From: Vicugna vicugna
Taxonomy: Eukaryota
Direction of reading: 5' to 3'
Assembly (NCBI GenBank): GCA_013265495.1
Contig: MU058531.1
Span: forward strand, 922,678 to 986,677
Length of the DNA: 64,000 nt
Positions 39,401-53,300 of this stretch are shown here, piece after piece. The position numbers and the translations under genes are program-made. Numbering within the stretch: the first letter of the stretch is position 1; each line of letters starts with the position of its first letter. Under the pieces are notes generated by a model. It searched no databases. It saw only the letters and a program-made list of their open reading frames with translations, and was not told the DNA's origin.

Positions 39401-40165
39401 GGATACAGTACCCATAAAACCTTCTCGGGGAGAAAACCAAAATTCACCAACCAAAAGATGAATCAAATTGAGGAATTTAAAACCATGATTTTAAACGTGG
39501 TTCCCACTGAACCTGTTTAAATGTAGAACTAACACCTGTGGGAATCAGAAAAAACAGAACATAAATTTTATTAAGTAAAGATAATATAAGTCACAAGAAT
39601 CAGGAGCTGAGGGAAATGGCATATGACACAGTGTTAGAATACTAATCGCATCAACTGTCACAGTAGGGGACAATTGATACTGCATAACTACATCTATATC
39701 CACATAGTTTATATAAATCCAACTTCTTGATGGTTTTCATATTTTCCCCATAATCGTCATACAATCTTTTAGGAACTAATAGCTCTAAAGTTAACAGTTT
39801 TTAAAGTTCTTACTTCCTTCTTTTTCATTTTATTTTTCTTCTTTTAAATTCAAGTAAACTTAGCTTTAATATTTTGTTAAAAAAAATGACATGTATAATG
39901 CGATCTCATTCTTATAAGTTTTTATTTACCAACTTTCCACCTACCTGTCTGCTGAATCAGCCAACCAGACAGCCAGCCACCTTCCTAAGTGGACATAGCA
40001 TAGAGAGACATCTAAAATGATGCTCAACAAATGTTAGCACTGTTTTTTTTTCTCTGTATACAGAGAGTTTAGATGATTTGTTGCTTTCATTTGTATTTTT
40101 TATTTGTATTTTTAAAATTGCTTAAAATTTTTTATAACAAGCACATGTAATTTTCACAAAAAAAA
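36500..40165 (+). mobile_element. Old HAL1/L1-ORF1-like element, interrupted by a young L1
   Basis: Degraded ORF1-like sequence (ttgaacttcaagacatggaaaga...gcaggcatct...aaggggaaaaaaaatcaaactg) resumes after the young L1 and runs into an old L1-type 3' end. No ORF2 is visible. Confidence 0.55.
37326..39221 (+). mobile_element. 5'-truncated young LINE-1 (ORF2 C-terminus and 3'UTR)
   Basis: ORFs [19 protein letters not shown]..., [24 protein letters not shown]..., YDLAIPLLGIY...; A-tail; TSD aaaaaaggaatcaa (37312-37325) / aaaaaagaaatcaa (39222-39235). Confidence 0.95.
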
Positions 40166-40434
40166 TCGATTATTTCTCTAAAACACTGCAAGGCCCTTTT
40201 TAAAAATAATGATTTCAGCCAGTAATTTCATTCACCTGCCAGCTGGTCCTTTATAAATCTCTCCATGAACTTGGCAAGCTCAGAATTAACTGCTAATTTA
40301 ACCATATTCAATTCCTCAGAAATTTCTGAAAATTATCTGTACACTCTAAGTTCTCACTGACTTCTTGGGTTGTGAAGTAAATTCGGGGAGGCAGCCAGTT
40401 CTAAGCACCCTGCCAGCATAGTCTCCTAATGTGC

Positions 40435-40934
40435 TGTGCTGGACTAAAGATGGCTGTGTATACTTTGCCCTCTCTCTTTGAGAGGTAAGCTCTTCCCCTC
40501 CCCTCATTCTAAGCTAGCCTTGTAACTCATCTTTACCAACAGAGAGTGGGGCAAGTGATGCTGTGTAACTTCCGATGCTGAACCTTAAGAGGTCTGCAGC
40601 TACCACCCTCACTGCTTGGAAAACTCCCTCTTAGAAGTCTACCATGCTATGAGGAAGCTCAAGATAAACGTGTTAAGAAGGAGAGTGCCACGTCGAGGAG
40701 CACTGGGTCATGGACACGAGTCAGACGTGTTAAGTGAAGACTTCTTGAGCCTTTTAATGCAGCCTAGACACCAGCTGTGTGCAGCCAGGTGAATAATCCC
40801 ACACAATGCCACTTAGCGTTAACAAATCACCTGCATGAACTCTGCCCAAGTTTCTGACCCAGGAAATTAGCAACACTAATAAATAAAAATAAAGTTACAG
40901 GGTGGTTTATACGCAGCAATAGATCATTGAGACA
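40435..40934 (+). mobile_element. MLT1 (MaLR) LTR
   Basis: tgtgctggactaaagatggc...gcaagtgatgctgtgtaacttcc...ccatgctatgaggaagctcaag...gtttatacgcagcaatagatcattgagaca. Confidence 0.8.
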
Positions 40935-41139
40935 GAATAATAAGGCCATATTCTCCTAACTAGCACATGATCTTAGAAATGGAATTTGCTGGCAAGTACT
41001 TCACCTCATTACTGGGAATGAGTCTGTCCAGCCCTACTGCTTTACCTTTTCATCTGCAGCCCCTAAAAGTGAGCCATAAACACTAGTGTTTGAAGCAACT
41101 CCAAAATTCATTCCATGCCTACTTTCACTTTGACTCCAT

Positions 41140-41410
41140 CTTGACTGATCCATTTATTCTTTCAAAGACTGTATTGTAAGTATCTGCAACGCACTAGGTA
41201 CTGGGAATACAGTAGTGGATAAAACAGACAAGATTCTAGGAAACTGACAACCTGGGGTGGGGCGGGGAGACAACTTATAAATAAATAAGTAAAAACATAC
41301 AGTAGGTCAGATAACTGTAAGTGCAACAGAGGGAAATAAGTGCAGGGGAGGGGACTGGAGAGTTCAGGGTGGGGTGGGGGCAAGCTGCAATACAGATTTA
41401 CATTGTGATC
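41140..41410 (-). mobile_element. L2 3' fragment
   Basis: catttattctttcaa...tattgtaagtatctgc...gcactaggtactgggaatacagtagtggataaaacagacaa. Confidence 0.65.
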
Positions 41411-42689
41411 ACAACCTCGAAACCCTTTCACCTCTACCTCCCAGGCTAGGTGTCCAGACCTCAGCTTTTCCTTGAAACTTGAGATCAGTATGTTCTTTTA
41501 GGTTGAAGATCCCCATAATCTCAAGCAGGAATTTCCTACCAAGTTTTATTCAACAGAATTCAAATGTACTTAAAGAACACTGACTGTGGGCCTTGGCTCT
41601 CTCCCCTCCTATAAGGCCTGGCTTCTAAATTATTTCTTTCTCCATCCCCTCCCCCCCACCTCTATCTTTTCAAGGTTACAGATTTATCCTGCTTCACCTA
41701 CCAACATAAATGTATGTGTGGGTGGCATGTGTGTGTCTACTGTGTGTATATATTATATTCCAGTCAATCTTCCATAGTCCTCATTCCCTTTCACCTCAGT
41801 TTTATGGAACATCCTGTCTATCTCAGCTGCTTTTTTTCCTACCCACCCACTTCCTTCTGATTCTCCCAATAATCTGTTTTCCACATCCATCGCTAGAAAG
41901 CAGTTTACGAGGTTACCTCCTTTTTAGCCAATTCTATTTTTTTCATTTTCATTTCTGGTAACTCTCTATTTCTCTTCTCCCTGAAATGTGACTGCAGACT
42001 GCCCAGTCTTTCTCAAAATGCCCTCCACTCTGAACGTCTGTGCCATTGCCTTCACTCACTTTCTCATCTTAGGCTGCATGGAGAAGTGCCATTTCCACAT
42101 AGTGGGCTAGCTGATATTCAAGATCAAAGAAAATGAAAACAATTTAAACTTTGCATCAGGAGGATCTGGTTTGAATTCTGGCTCTATCTTTTTTATGAGC
42201 TAAAGTATTCTGAAAAAAGGTACTCAGCCTTCCTGAGCTTACTCTGCCTCACATATAAGGAAGAGGAAGAGTGTCTATCTTGTAAGTCACTGTGACGATT
42301 ACATGAGAACATGTATGCAGTTAAGGCTTTCACCCCACCCTCCTCCTAACACTCAAAATATACAGCTGACTATGACTTCCTTCCCTTAGAACTCCATTTT
42401 AAAGAAAGGAACAGGCAAATGAGGCTGTAAGCTGAGTTGATCCAATAAGAGGATAAGAGGGCTGTAATGCAAAGCATCTGAGAAAGGAAGTAAGGCTACA
42501 GGATGGTTACTCCACATACAACAGAGCATAGCAGCACAAGGTCGATGTTTGTGGCATCCAGTGGTATGACTGCTGGCTGGACCTGAATTGGTGAAGTGGC
42601 AGTATGAATGGTGAAAAGCAGACAGAAGCAAAGGATAATTTTGAAACAGTGTCAATAAAACTTGGAAACGGTTTAGCAGGGATGAGGGA

Positions 42690-43605
42690 AAGGGTAAAGG
42701 AGGAGTTACAGAAGCTCATCAGTTTTCAAGCCAGGGTGATAGGGAAGATGGTGGGCCGTTATCTGAAGTAAGCAGTTCTCAATCCACTGTAATCCACCAA
42801 GAGGCCTCGGAGAAGAATCTTGCTGGGATCACTGATGACCTCTCTAGACCCAGTGGACATTGCTCCATCCTCATCACACCTGATAGCTCTGCAGCCCTCA
42901 CTGGCTCCTTCCTGAAACTCTTTCCTTGGTTCAATATTGCCACACTCTCCGTTTTCCTGCCCCTCTACCATCTCTTGCCAGATCTTCTTTGCTGCCTTGT
43001 CCTCCACTAGCAGGCCTCTATGTTTTGGAATTCCTCAAAGTTGGGTCCCAATCCCACTTTCCTTCTAATTCTATATTCCCTGGTTGTCAACTACCAGTGC
43101 TTCAAAGACCTCGGTTGGCTGATGATCCCAAAGTTTGAATCCCCAGCCCAGGCTTCCTCTTGGAGCTCCAGACCCACAAATCCAACTGCCTCTTTTGCAT
43201 CTCAACTTGGATATCTCTAAAGCATCTTACTTGCTCACTCCTCTGTTCAACAGACTTTTACTAAACACCTTCTTTGGGTCTGGCACCATCTCAACACGTC
43301 CAAACATAACATCATCTCTACAAACTGAGCCTCCTTCTATTTCCCCAACTTCATGAATCCATTAAAGGATGTGGTCCAGAAACCAGGGGTCATCCTTCTC
43401 TTTCATCATTCCCCTCCCAACTATTTACACAGCCCTGCCTATTTTACCTCCTCAAAATCCCTAACACCTGCCCACCTCTGTCTCCATTGCTACCACTCTA
43501 GAATCATTCTCTCTCTCTGGATTACCACAACTATCTCTAAATTGGTCTTTCACATCTATTCTCCTTCCTAATCCATTCTCTTCAAGCATCCAAGGTGATC
43601 ATTTT
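42690..43605. mobile_element. L2 fragments
   Basis: tccagacccacaaatccaactgcctc...catctcaacttggatatctc, ccagaaaccaggggtcatcctt, ctaatccattctc. Confidence 0.65.
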
Positions 43606-43899
43606 TATTTTTTAATGTTAATTTGTTAACACCGAATATGTAGTATTTTCACATACTTCAAAATTTTAAATATAGTAAGTTGTATATTGAGAAGCCTTAC
43701 TCCAAACCCTATTTCCAGCCTCCTAACCTCCCCGCCTAATATATGTATCACTTTTATTAGAATCCTGTGCACTCTTCCAGCTTTTCTTTGTACAAATGCA
43801 AGCAAGTAGGAAAATATGTTCTTATCTTCCACTTTCTCATACATAATACAGCATACTGAATATACTGTTTTGCATTATTCACTTAACAATATATCCTCA

Positions 43900-44025
43900 A
43901 TACATGTAAAACTGAATCACTATGCTGTACTCCTGAAACTAACACAACATTATAAATCAACTGTACTTCAATAAAAAATTTTTAATAAAAAAAGAAAAAA
44001 GAAAATAGAAAAACCAAAAAAATAT
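43900..44025 (+). mobile_element. Very short young L1 tail inserted in an older minus-strand L1ME fragment (about 43610-44130)
   Basis: aactgaatcactatgctgtactcctgaaactaacacaacattataaatcaactgtacttcaataaaa plus an A-rich tail; flanks aatatatcctc / aaatatcttc. Confidence 0.75.
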
Positions 44026-46164
44026 CTTCGAGATACTTTCACACTGGTGCATTGAGAGCTCCCTCGTGCTCTTTTAGAGCTGCATAGCATTCTGTTGTGG
44101 GGCTTAGCCATCATTTTTTATCCAGTAATAAATAAATTCAGATGGTACAAACAACATTCTTTCTCAACATATCCACAAATCAAGGACATTCATACTTCAG
44201 ATACAAACACCCAGGCATATAAAGGATGAAATAATTCCAACATCTTCTTGATAATATGAACCCTAAAACTTGGTGGCCACCTGTCCTTCAGTTGGCCTTT
44301 GAAGAAAAGGAAAGATGCTGTCGGCCAAGGCTGCTGTTCAGTCACTCAAGGCCCCACTGACAAAGGGCAAAGCATTGATGTTTCTTCCCAGTAGCCAAGA
44401 ACACTCCCATTACCTGGAACCCAGGGCCACAAAAAGTGTCCCTGAGCCATCTTGGCAGAAAAGACAAGGAAAGTTTCTTTAACATACTTCAAGTTGCCGC
44501 ACTATTTGAAAGCGCACATCATTTTACTCCTACTTTAATCATAACCTGCACAGCAGTCTAACTCCAACAATATTCAAGTTTTTAAAAAGCATATAAAAAT
44601 ACGGCACCTATAGCTTTGGGTAAGACATCTGTCTCTGTATTTAATACTTTGAAAACACCATTTCCCCTCAAATGAATTGTATGGAAAATTACAAATTAAT
44701 TTTACTCTATGCTCTCTTTTCTGCTCATTATTGTTGATAATTGTTAATTAATTTGCCCATTTCTATTAATCTTCCCCCAAAGAAATCAACTAGCAAATAT
44801 ATTTAATCTTGAAAAGCATATTATGAATGCAAGATTATGCATAATTTCAATGTGTTTTCTTTCTGAACTAAATTTTTTATCACATCTAGGCCTATCACAA
44901 ATGTTCACATATTTCCACTGAAATAGAGTAGAATATAAATCAGCATATAGTTACCAAAACACATTTTTTGGTTTCAAGTTTTAAACATAACAAGCCCTAA
45001 ACCTTAAAGCTAAATATAACCAAATACAGACTTTAAAACAATTATGAGAACAATGAACAAAAGAAGTTTTAGAATTAGGAGACCAATAATATAATACAGT
45101 CCAACCTAGAAAAGGAATTTTAAAAATTAGATTCTAAAAACCAAAGCAAAAATAAAACCAGAACAGCAGAACCAGTTGACAAAATGCCAAGCGTTGGTAC
45201 CTTGAACAAAATGAATAAAATTGAAAATCTCCTTTGTGGACTGTGAGATGAGAAAGAAATGAAGAGAGGAAAGAAATAAAAAGAGAAAGAAACTACCATG
45301 TAAAAAGATCAATAACTTCCAAAGTAAATTAAAACATAAAACAAAGAACTAAGAAAAACCTTTTGGTAAGAACTGTAAATCATTGTATCTTTGAAAACTG
45401 TATTTAGAAAGGCATCTCAATTGAAAACTGATGACAAAATTATCCTAAAATAATTCAGTAACCTCCTAAATTCAGATGATATTAAAACAAATTCTCCCCT
45501 CACCAAAAAAAAAAAAAACCCCAAAAACCCACATCATAGGAGCATCATTTGATTCTTATTTACTTGTTTAAAACAGCAAATAGATATCAAGTATTGGGTT
45601 GATTATACATTCTCATCTTCCATTTTACTCCTTTATGTTCATATTCTTTAATATTTTCCCTTAAAATGGCATTATCCAGTATTTTGACATAATATTTGAA
45701 ATAATATTCAGTACTAGTCGTCTATCTGCACCATTACAGAGTCTAACAGCTTAGATGTCTTCCTCCTCTTCCAGAGAATTTATCAATAAGAGATGGAGAT
45801 TTTCCCCCTCTTCTTCTTTCCACCTTTAGCAAATTAACCACTAAAGAACCACAACTGTAGTCCAGAGGCTGTTTCTACTCTGTCTTTTTCCCCTTGGTCC
45901 CTTTTTACATGACATATCTTTACACTAAAGCAAAAACCTCCCAGAATTAAAAATCATAGCTGATAAAACTTCCTTTCTACTTGTAGGGAGAAAAAAATTA
46001 TGTTCTTTTTATACATTTGTCTGCCCAGAAACCCACCGTGCATTGTGTAATATGAATGAAATAAGGCATATGTTTTCCTTTTATCCTCAGAATGATTATC
46101 CTAAAAGGAAAAGAATGGAAAAAAATAATTCTGCCTCATGTTTTCATAGCATTTGAATAATACT

Positions 46165-46400
46165 AGCTGATATTTACTGAGCATTCAGCATGCCAGACTC
46201 TGTGATCAATGCTTATTCACAGCATTAGATTCAGTCCCGGTAAAAACCCGATATTGGTAGGTATTATCCCCATTTTATAAATGAGGAAATTGAGGCTCAG
46301 AGAGGTTAACTTATTCTCCCAAAGTTACATAGCTAATAAAGCTCAAAACTGGGTTTCAAACATGGGTTTTTCTGTCTCCGGAGCCTCCTCTTAACCAATA
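46165..46400 (-). mobile_element. MIR SINE
   Basis: tatttactgagca...tattatccccattttataaatgaggaaattgaggctcagagaggttaa. Confidence 0.85.
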
Positions 46401-46551
46401 CACACTTTTCTACTTAATCATTTACAAAGCACACCCATATACATGGTCTAGTATAATCCCTGTTTTCCATTTATGTTGGAGAATCATTGAAAGTCTAGTT
46501 GGAAAGAGCTTAGAAGCCCTGACGTTCTCACTTAGAGCATCCCTAGCTATT

Positions 46552-47449
46552 TTCTTTCAAGTATACAATGTGGTGCTCATTTCTGGTGTACAGCATAGTG
46601 ATTCATATATATATATATATAATTTTTCATATTCTTTTTCATTATAGGCCATTACAAGGTATTGGATATAGTTCCCTGTGCTATACAGTAGGACCTCGTT
46701 ATTTATCTATTTTATATATAGTAGTTTATATCTGCTAATCCCCATTTATCCTTCCCTTTCTTTCCCTTTTAGTAATCATAAGTTTGTTTTCTGTGTCTGT
46801 GAGTCTCTTACTGTTTTATAAATAAGTTCATTTGTGTCCTTTTTTTTTAAGATTCCACATAAAGTGACACAATATATTATTTTTCTTTCTCTTTCTGGCT
46901 TACTTCACTTAGTATGATGATATCAAGGTCTATCCATGTTGCTGCAAATGGCATCATTTTATTGTTTTTTATGGCTGAGTAGTATTCCATTGTATAAACA
47001 TACCACATCTTCTTTATCCAGTCATCTGTCAATGGACATTTAGGTTGCTTTCATGTCATGCCTATTGTAAATAGTGCTGCTATGAACACCGGGGTGCATG
47101 TATCTTTTTGAATTAGAATTCCTTCTGGATATATGTCCAGGAATGGGATTGCTGGATCATATGGCAACTCTATTTTTAGTTTTTTAACAAACCTCCATAC
47201 TGTTCTCCATAGTGGCTGCACCAAGCTACATTCCTACCAATAGTGTAGGAGGGTTCCCTTTTCTCCACACCCTCTCCAGCATTTATCATTTGTGGACTTT
47301 TAAATGATGGCCATTCTGACAGGTGTGAGATGATATCTCACCGTAGTTTTGATTTGCATTACTCTGATCATTAGTTATACTGAGCATTTTTTCATGTGCC
47401 TACTGGCCATTTGTAATGTCTTCACTAGAGAAATGTTTGTTTAGGTCTT
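46552..47449 (-). mobile_element. Young L1 3' end (sense to HTR7)
   Basis: Reverse complement of the L1 3'UTR/ORF2 end (ccatgttgctgcaaatggc, gggattgctggatcatatggc, gttttgatttgcatt). Confidence 0.9.
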
Positions 47450-47689
47450 TGCTTTTTATTAAACTCATACTCTGACAGAGAAGTCACAGTTGCTTAAAGC
47501 AAAGAGCTACACTGTCAGATAGCTGCAAGTGTTTAAAAGTTCTACATTAACTCTAGGACAAATGCACCTTTTAATGGATTTCCCTCCATGAGTATTATTC
47601 TTTTAGAGCAGCTAAGACTAATTCTTAGTGTCTTCTGCATGACAACTATTCAAATGACTGCACACATTTATGATCTTTTCACATCTCCT

Positions 47690-48160
47690 GTTTGGCATTG
47701 GAAATGACAGAACCCTGAACTTGTAAACAAGAGTAAGCAAAAAGGCAAACATAATGGCTCACAGATAAAACAAGTTGAGGTTGTGCTTCAGGCATGTCTT
47801 GATCCAGGGGCTCCAATGATGTTACCAGAATCTGGGTTCTCTCTAACGCTCATCTCCATACCCATCAATGTGGCTTAATTCTCAAGCTCCATGTATGGTA
47901 ATATGGTGCCCAGCAGTTCCAGAGTTGTATTTTGCAAGGGTCAATCTGATTCAAAAGTGTGTGCTCTCTCCCAGCAGACTTGGAAAAAGTCTTCTTGTGT
48001 TTTGTTGTCTCTGATTGGTACATACGTCCATCTCTGAACAAATCATACAGGCCAGGAAAAACACCCAACACCCAATACTGGGCCAGCCACTCCACCCAAA
48101 ACACATGGAGTAAGAACAGGGGAAGGGATCGTTTCCCAGATAAAAATAACAGTTGCTCCA
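47690..48160. mobile_element. Old MLT1 (MaLR) LTR
   Basis: aaatgacagaaccctgaac...cttcaggcatgtcttgatccaggggctccaatgatgttacc...tctctgattgg...catctctgaacaaatca. Confidence 0.6.
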
Positions 48161-49159
48161 AGCATTCTCCTTGTTTTCAGTAGAATCTGTCAGTGATCTT
48201 GCAACATGACTACGGAATTGAACTCAGGACTACGAATGTGCCTGCATCAGCATAGATTACAGGAACAGGGGAATCATTTTTGCACATTTCTGTGTTATAA
48301 TTCAGGTTTATATAATGATATTGGTAATTCAAGGTATTTCTTCTTTTTTGGAGTTGTTCTTCCCTCAAGTACTGAGTGCTCAACTTGTGCTAATTGAGTC
48401 CCAAGCCTATTCTTCAGGGAAGTTCGACAACAGTATCTCTTATTATGACTTCTGCACTTTTGTCTGACAGGTTTATAATTTGGAGGCTGCTTGACTTGAA
48501 TTTTGTTATAGTACAGTTTGATACATTTGGCTGAGGGCAAAAAAATTTTTTTCTTCAGAAAAAACATCTCAAAATGGCCTAAACAATGAGGATGACTTAT
48601 TATCTCCCCAAACAAGAAGTCACAAAGTTGGCCAGCCCCGAGATACGTATGCCAGCCCAACATCATCATCAGGGACTGGGTTTCCTTCCATCTGTTCACT
48701 CTGCCGTCCTCAGTGTTCAGACTCTGCAGCTCCACGGACATGACACGGTCACTGCCATTCCAAGCATCGCACACAAACCAGCAGAATTCTGACAAACTGT
48801 TTCTTCATGAGCATCTCTTTTTAAGCAATAAAACCCTTCACAGATGGCCTTCCCAGTGGCCCTCTGCTCCCAGCTCGCCAGCTGGGAAACACATCACATA
48901 TTTATTCCAAAATCAGAGAAATACGAGACAACCGTCAATGGTTTAGTGAAACGTGGCCACGTGTAGAAGAGGGAGTGCCTGAACAAAGTAAGGTTCTTTT
49001 AACAAGGAAGAAGAGGGGATGTGGTTGAGGGGTGCACAGCAGATGAAAATTGCAATTATTCACACTCTTCTCACCCCAGAAATAGATCTCATTAACATTT
49101 GGGTGCATTTCCTTCCAAACAGCCCCCTCCTTTTCTGGTAGCTTCCCTTAAAATTTGGC

Positions 49160-49710
49160 CATTCATTCATTTGTTTGACAAATATTTATTGAGATCCTAC
49201 TACTCCTCATGGCTCTTCTAGGCAATGGAAACGTGGTGATGACACAGGCAAGGAAACAATCAGATACCGTGTTTTCAAGCTGTGGTAGGTGCCAGATAGG
49301 GGAACTCAAAAGGGATGGAGAGCAAGGAGGGTGCAATGGGAGAGATGAGACGGTGAGGTGAGGGCAGGCTGCTGTGAGCAGAGACCTGAGAGAGGTGAGA
49401 GCTAGACACATGCAGATCCAGAGAAAGCGAGTCACGTGCTAAGGCCCTGGGAGCAGCACACGACCATATCCGAGAGGCAGCCAAAGGGCCAGAGGGGCCA
49501 GCACGGGGAGAGCAAGGAGAGATGTAAGGGATGAATTCAGTCAGGAACCAAACCTCATGGGGCCTGGCAGGCCGTTACGAGACTTCCAGTTTTTTGCTAG
49601 GTCAGCTGAGAAGCCCTTGCGGGGCTGAGCAGGGAAGACAGGGCCTGACTTACGTATCATGGTGTTTACTTGGCTGCTCTGTGGAGAAGAGACTCCATGG
49701 AGACCAAATT
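49160..49710 (-). mobile_element. L2 3' fragment
   Basis: cattcattcatttgtttgacaaatatttattgag...gagcagagacctga...aaggccctgggagcagca. Confidence 0.75.
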
Positions 49711-49751
49711 CTAGGAAGCAGATTTTTTTCAAGATTTTCTGACAGCTTTTT

Positions 49752-50001
49752 GTTTGTTTTTTATTGAAGTATAGTCGGTTTACAATGCTGAGTTAATTTC
49801 TGGTGTACAGCATAGTGATTCATGTATATATATATTCCTTTTCTTTTTCATTATAGATTATTAAAAGGTATTGGATATAGTTTCCTGTGCTAGACAGGAC
49901 CTTGTTTATCTATTTTATGTATAGTAGCTAGTACCTGCTAATCCCAAACTCCCAATTTATCCTTCTCCCTACCATAACCTTAAGTCTGTTTTCTTTGTTT
50001 G
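49752..50001 (-). mobile_element. Short young L1 tail with probable TSD
   Basis: tttattgaagtatagtcggtttacaatg...; flanks tgacagcttttt (49740) and tgacagttttta (50002). Confidence 0.85.
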
Positions 50002-50104
50002 TGACAGTTTTTAATTTCACTTTTTCCTCATTGACAAGAAAACAATGCTTTCTATTCACTTTCTCCTCTATCTCTGAGAGTCTGTTTCAATTACTTGTTG
50101 GAGA

Positions 50105-50395
50105 CCAGAACTGTCGGAGAGAAATATATAATGTGAGCCACAGATTTAAAGTTTCTATTCAAGAAAAGAAGTAAAAAGAAATAGTGAGTTGAATTGCTCA
50201 CCCATATTTTCTAAATTACTCAACACACATTTTCTAAATATTATAATTTCCACCTATAACAAATACAAAAAATTTATTAAGAGATTTTCCAGTCTTTTCC
50301 CTGTAAAAAGCCTTTGAAATCCAACATATATTTTACACGTAGCACACATCACAATTCTCACTAACCACATGTGGTTCCCGGCTGCCATATTAGAC
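50105..50395. mobile_element. MER33-like hAT-Charlie element
   Basis: agaaatatataatgtgagccaca...tttgaaatccaacatatattttacacgtagcacacatc...ccacatgtggttcccggctgccatattagac. Confidence 0.7.
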
Positions 50396-53300
50396 TTGGA
50401 AGTTTGGGACAATGGTTTCTACTTGTTCTGTATTTCATCTAACGTGTCCCTGATGCTCTTTCATACCTTGAATATTCGAGGACTTGATTTCATAACTATT
50501 TAAAACTTTAGAAGGTCTGGCTAACTTTAATACCTCAGATCTGTTGGGTGAAAATCGTCTAGTTCTACCGTCTCTTTAGATTAACGTTTTATTTTCAAAT
50601 GCTTCAATTCAAAAAACACTCATACATATGTATGCTGGCTAGCTCTAGTTCGGGATATTTATTTGAAAAAGCAGAAATTGGCAATCATTATATCCTTCCA
50701 TTAACTAGATAAATTTGATTAACCTTAGAAAAGATGTGAAGCTTAATTATTTTTTCTTTCTTTTATGACCTAAATTTGATTCAATTGATTAAGAAATTTC
50801 ATAAATATCACACCTCACACTTCTCATAGGTTAAAAGATCATAACATCTTTTTTTAATTTTACAATCAACATTTAAGCAAAAATAAAATTATCAGGTATA
50901 AAAATGTTGATTAACCAGAATACTTAGGGACTAAGATGGTTTTCTTAACTGAATTCTAAAGTTAATGTTTGTGCCTTATTGTGAAAAATCTTTCTAAAAT
51001 TTATTAGGCAGATTTCCACTTAAATAAGTATAGTCTACTGACTATAACAGAATTTTGCTCAATGATTCCAGAAGTTGTACAATCTGAATGTCATTATTCT
51101 GAACAATAACCACCCATGCACATAGATACAAAGAAAAAAATCCAATTATTTAAGATCTTAGTTTAGCTGAGATCTGGCCAAAATTCCCTATCTCACGGCA
51201 AATAAGAACAATGAAAATTTTATAGATTAAGTGATGGTGTACCAGTTAGGAATGCTTTTGACTGAATATAATAACCTTTCCAAAGTGGGGTTTGTTTTCC
51301 CATGGAGGTCAGGAGTCCCGAACAGAAGTAATCACGGTAGCAGTGTATTCCTCTAGAAATCCTCCATGCACATAGTATTCAGGCATGTTGATATGTAATC
51401 TTTTCATATAAATGAGATCATACTCTACGTATTCTACAACTTGCTTTTTTTCTCTTCACCATATTTATGGGACACGTCTCTATCAGTACATATAAATACA
51501 CCTCCTTCATTTTAAAGATGAATATTGAGAACAAGCAATTTAAGCCAAACTCCTAACAAATAAGCCGCAACTTTTTGGAGTTTTAGTTTCAAATTTATCT
51601 TTCAAAGAGGAAAAGAGTTTAAGACATTCTCCTGTGGAAACAGTGAGAAGACTGAGTTCATGTTCCACAGAAAATCCAGAAGGTACAGAAGGGTAATATA
51701 TGGTCCATACAATTCAATTATTCACCTTCTAACTGAAGATAAGAATCTGAGAAAGTAAACATTTTACTTTCACTAGAAAGTGTGTGTGATTCTATCAACA
51801 AAAAATCTGATTTCAAATGTCCTTATTTCAAACATTGTCTTGTTATATAACAAGGATTCTTCTTTTATTTTCTTATAAGCAGAGAATCAGAATTCAAGTC
51901 CTCCCCATCAAATGAAAGCAATATTCATGTGTCAAATTTTCTGCATCATAATTAGCATTTCTTTGGGAAAATCCCTCTCTGTCTGCTGTTCTTTGACCAC
52001 TATAACGTTCCTGGCACAAGCCTGCTTGTGGCCACAGTACATGCAGGCAGTAGTCATATCACATTCTGTACCTTACTCAAGAATGACTCCCCGTGCCCAG
52101 CTCCTTACTCTGGGTATGCTCTCCTTTCACTCCAACCTTGGCTTTCTAACTTCCCTGCCTAAGTTGGATCAAGACTGCCCTACGGGACCAAGCACTGACC
52201 TCTAGCTCTGCGCTGGTTCCCCCATGGGAAGCTGAGTCCTGTCCTTAACAGGATATCACAAACATGGGAAAGAGTGCTTCATCCCACATCCTCGACAGGC
52301 TCCAATTCCACAGTCCTGGGCAAGAGACCGGGCACTCAATGCTCCAGACGCCTCAGGATATCACACTGGCTGCTTTGCTTCTCCAAGAGGACATGAAGCA
52401 GCTTCCAGAGGCAGCAAAGTCAGGAGTTCCACAAGTCAGGGTGAATGGCTTCACCCCCGACTTCTAATTCGTAAGCCTGAGTGAGCCATTCTACCTAAGA
52501 CTTCATTATCTCATTTGTAACACAGGGTTGATAACAGCATTCATTTAATATGGTTAAGTAAAGTAAAATCTTATTTAATAAGGTTAAATAACCCATATTA
52601 TTTACTATGCTTAGTTAATGTTCAGTTAAGTAGTAATAGTAACACTGTGTTCCACACAATTCATGAAGCACAGTATGTGCTTATAATTGTTAGTGGAGAT
52701 GATGTTGGTGATAATGATGGTGATGATGATGGTGACGGCAATAATGACGCTAAACCTCCCTGAAGTCTTTGGAATCACCGACTTCCTTAAGTAATTAACT
52801 CCCTAGAATCATGCCCCATTACCTTTCCTAGATATCAGGAACAAGACGCCCAGATCCTTCCAGAGGAATGGTACTCTGACAGAGCTATGACAGTGCCCTG
52901 AAATGGCCAACCAGACTCAACCAGGATCCTCCAAAACAAGGGAAACCTTTGCCCCTTTCCATGTGCTCAAGGCTCCCAAGAGATCGTCTGAGACTCGTAC
53001 GAGGTTCTAACACCCAGCCTGGAGCCTTTCTTTTCTCTTCCCACAAATCTGCCTGGTCATTTTTGTTCCTTGCTCATACGTCAGATTCCATCTTTTACTT
53101 CTTTAAACCCAGTAAATGTGGGCATCTTAGGTCCAGTATCTGATAATTATATCTAAAGTCTGCAGACCCAGTTGGCTGTGTGTAGTTTCTGTTAGGAGTG
53201 CCTCGTTTCCTGAGTTTTATGATGTGGTGACTGGGAGCATGAGCTTATTGGGACTTTAACAGTGGGGATTCTCTGAGGCCTGTAATGAAGGTGTGTTTCT

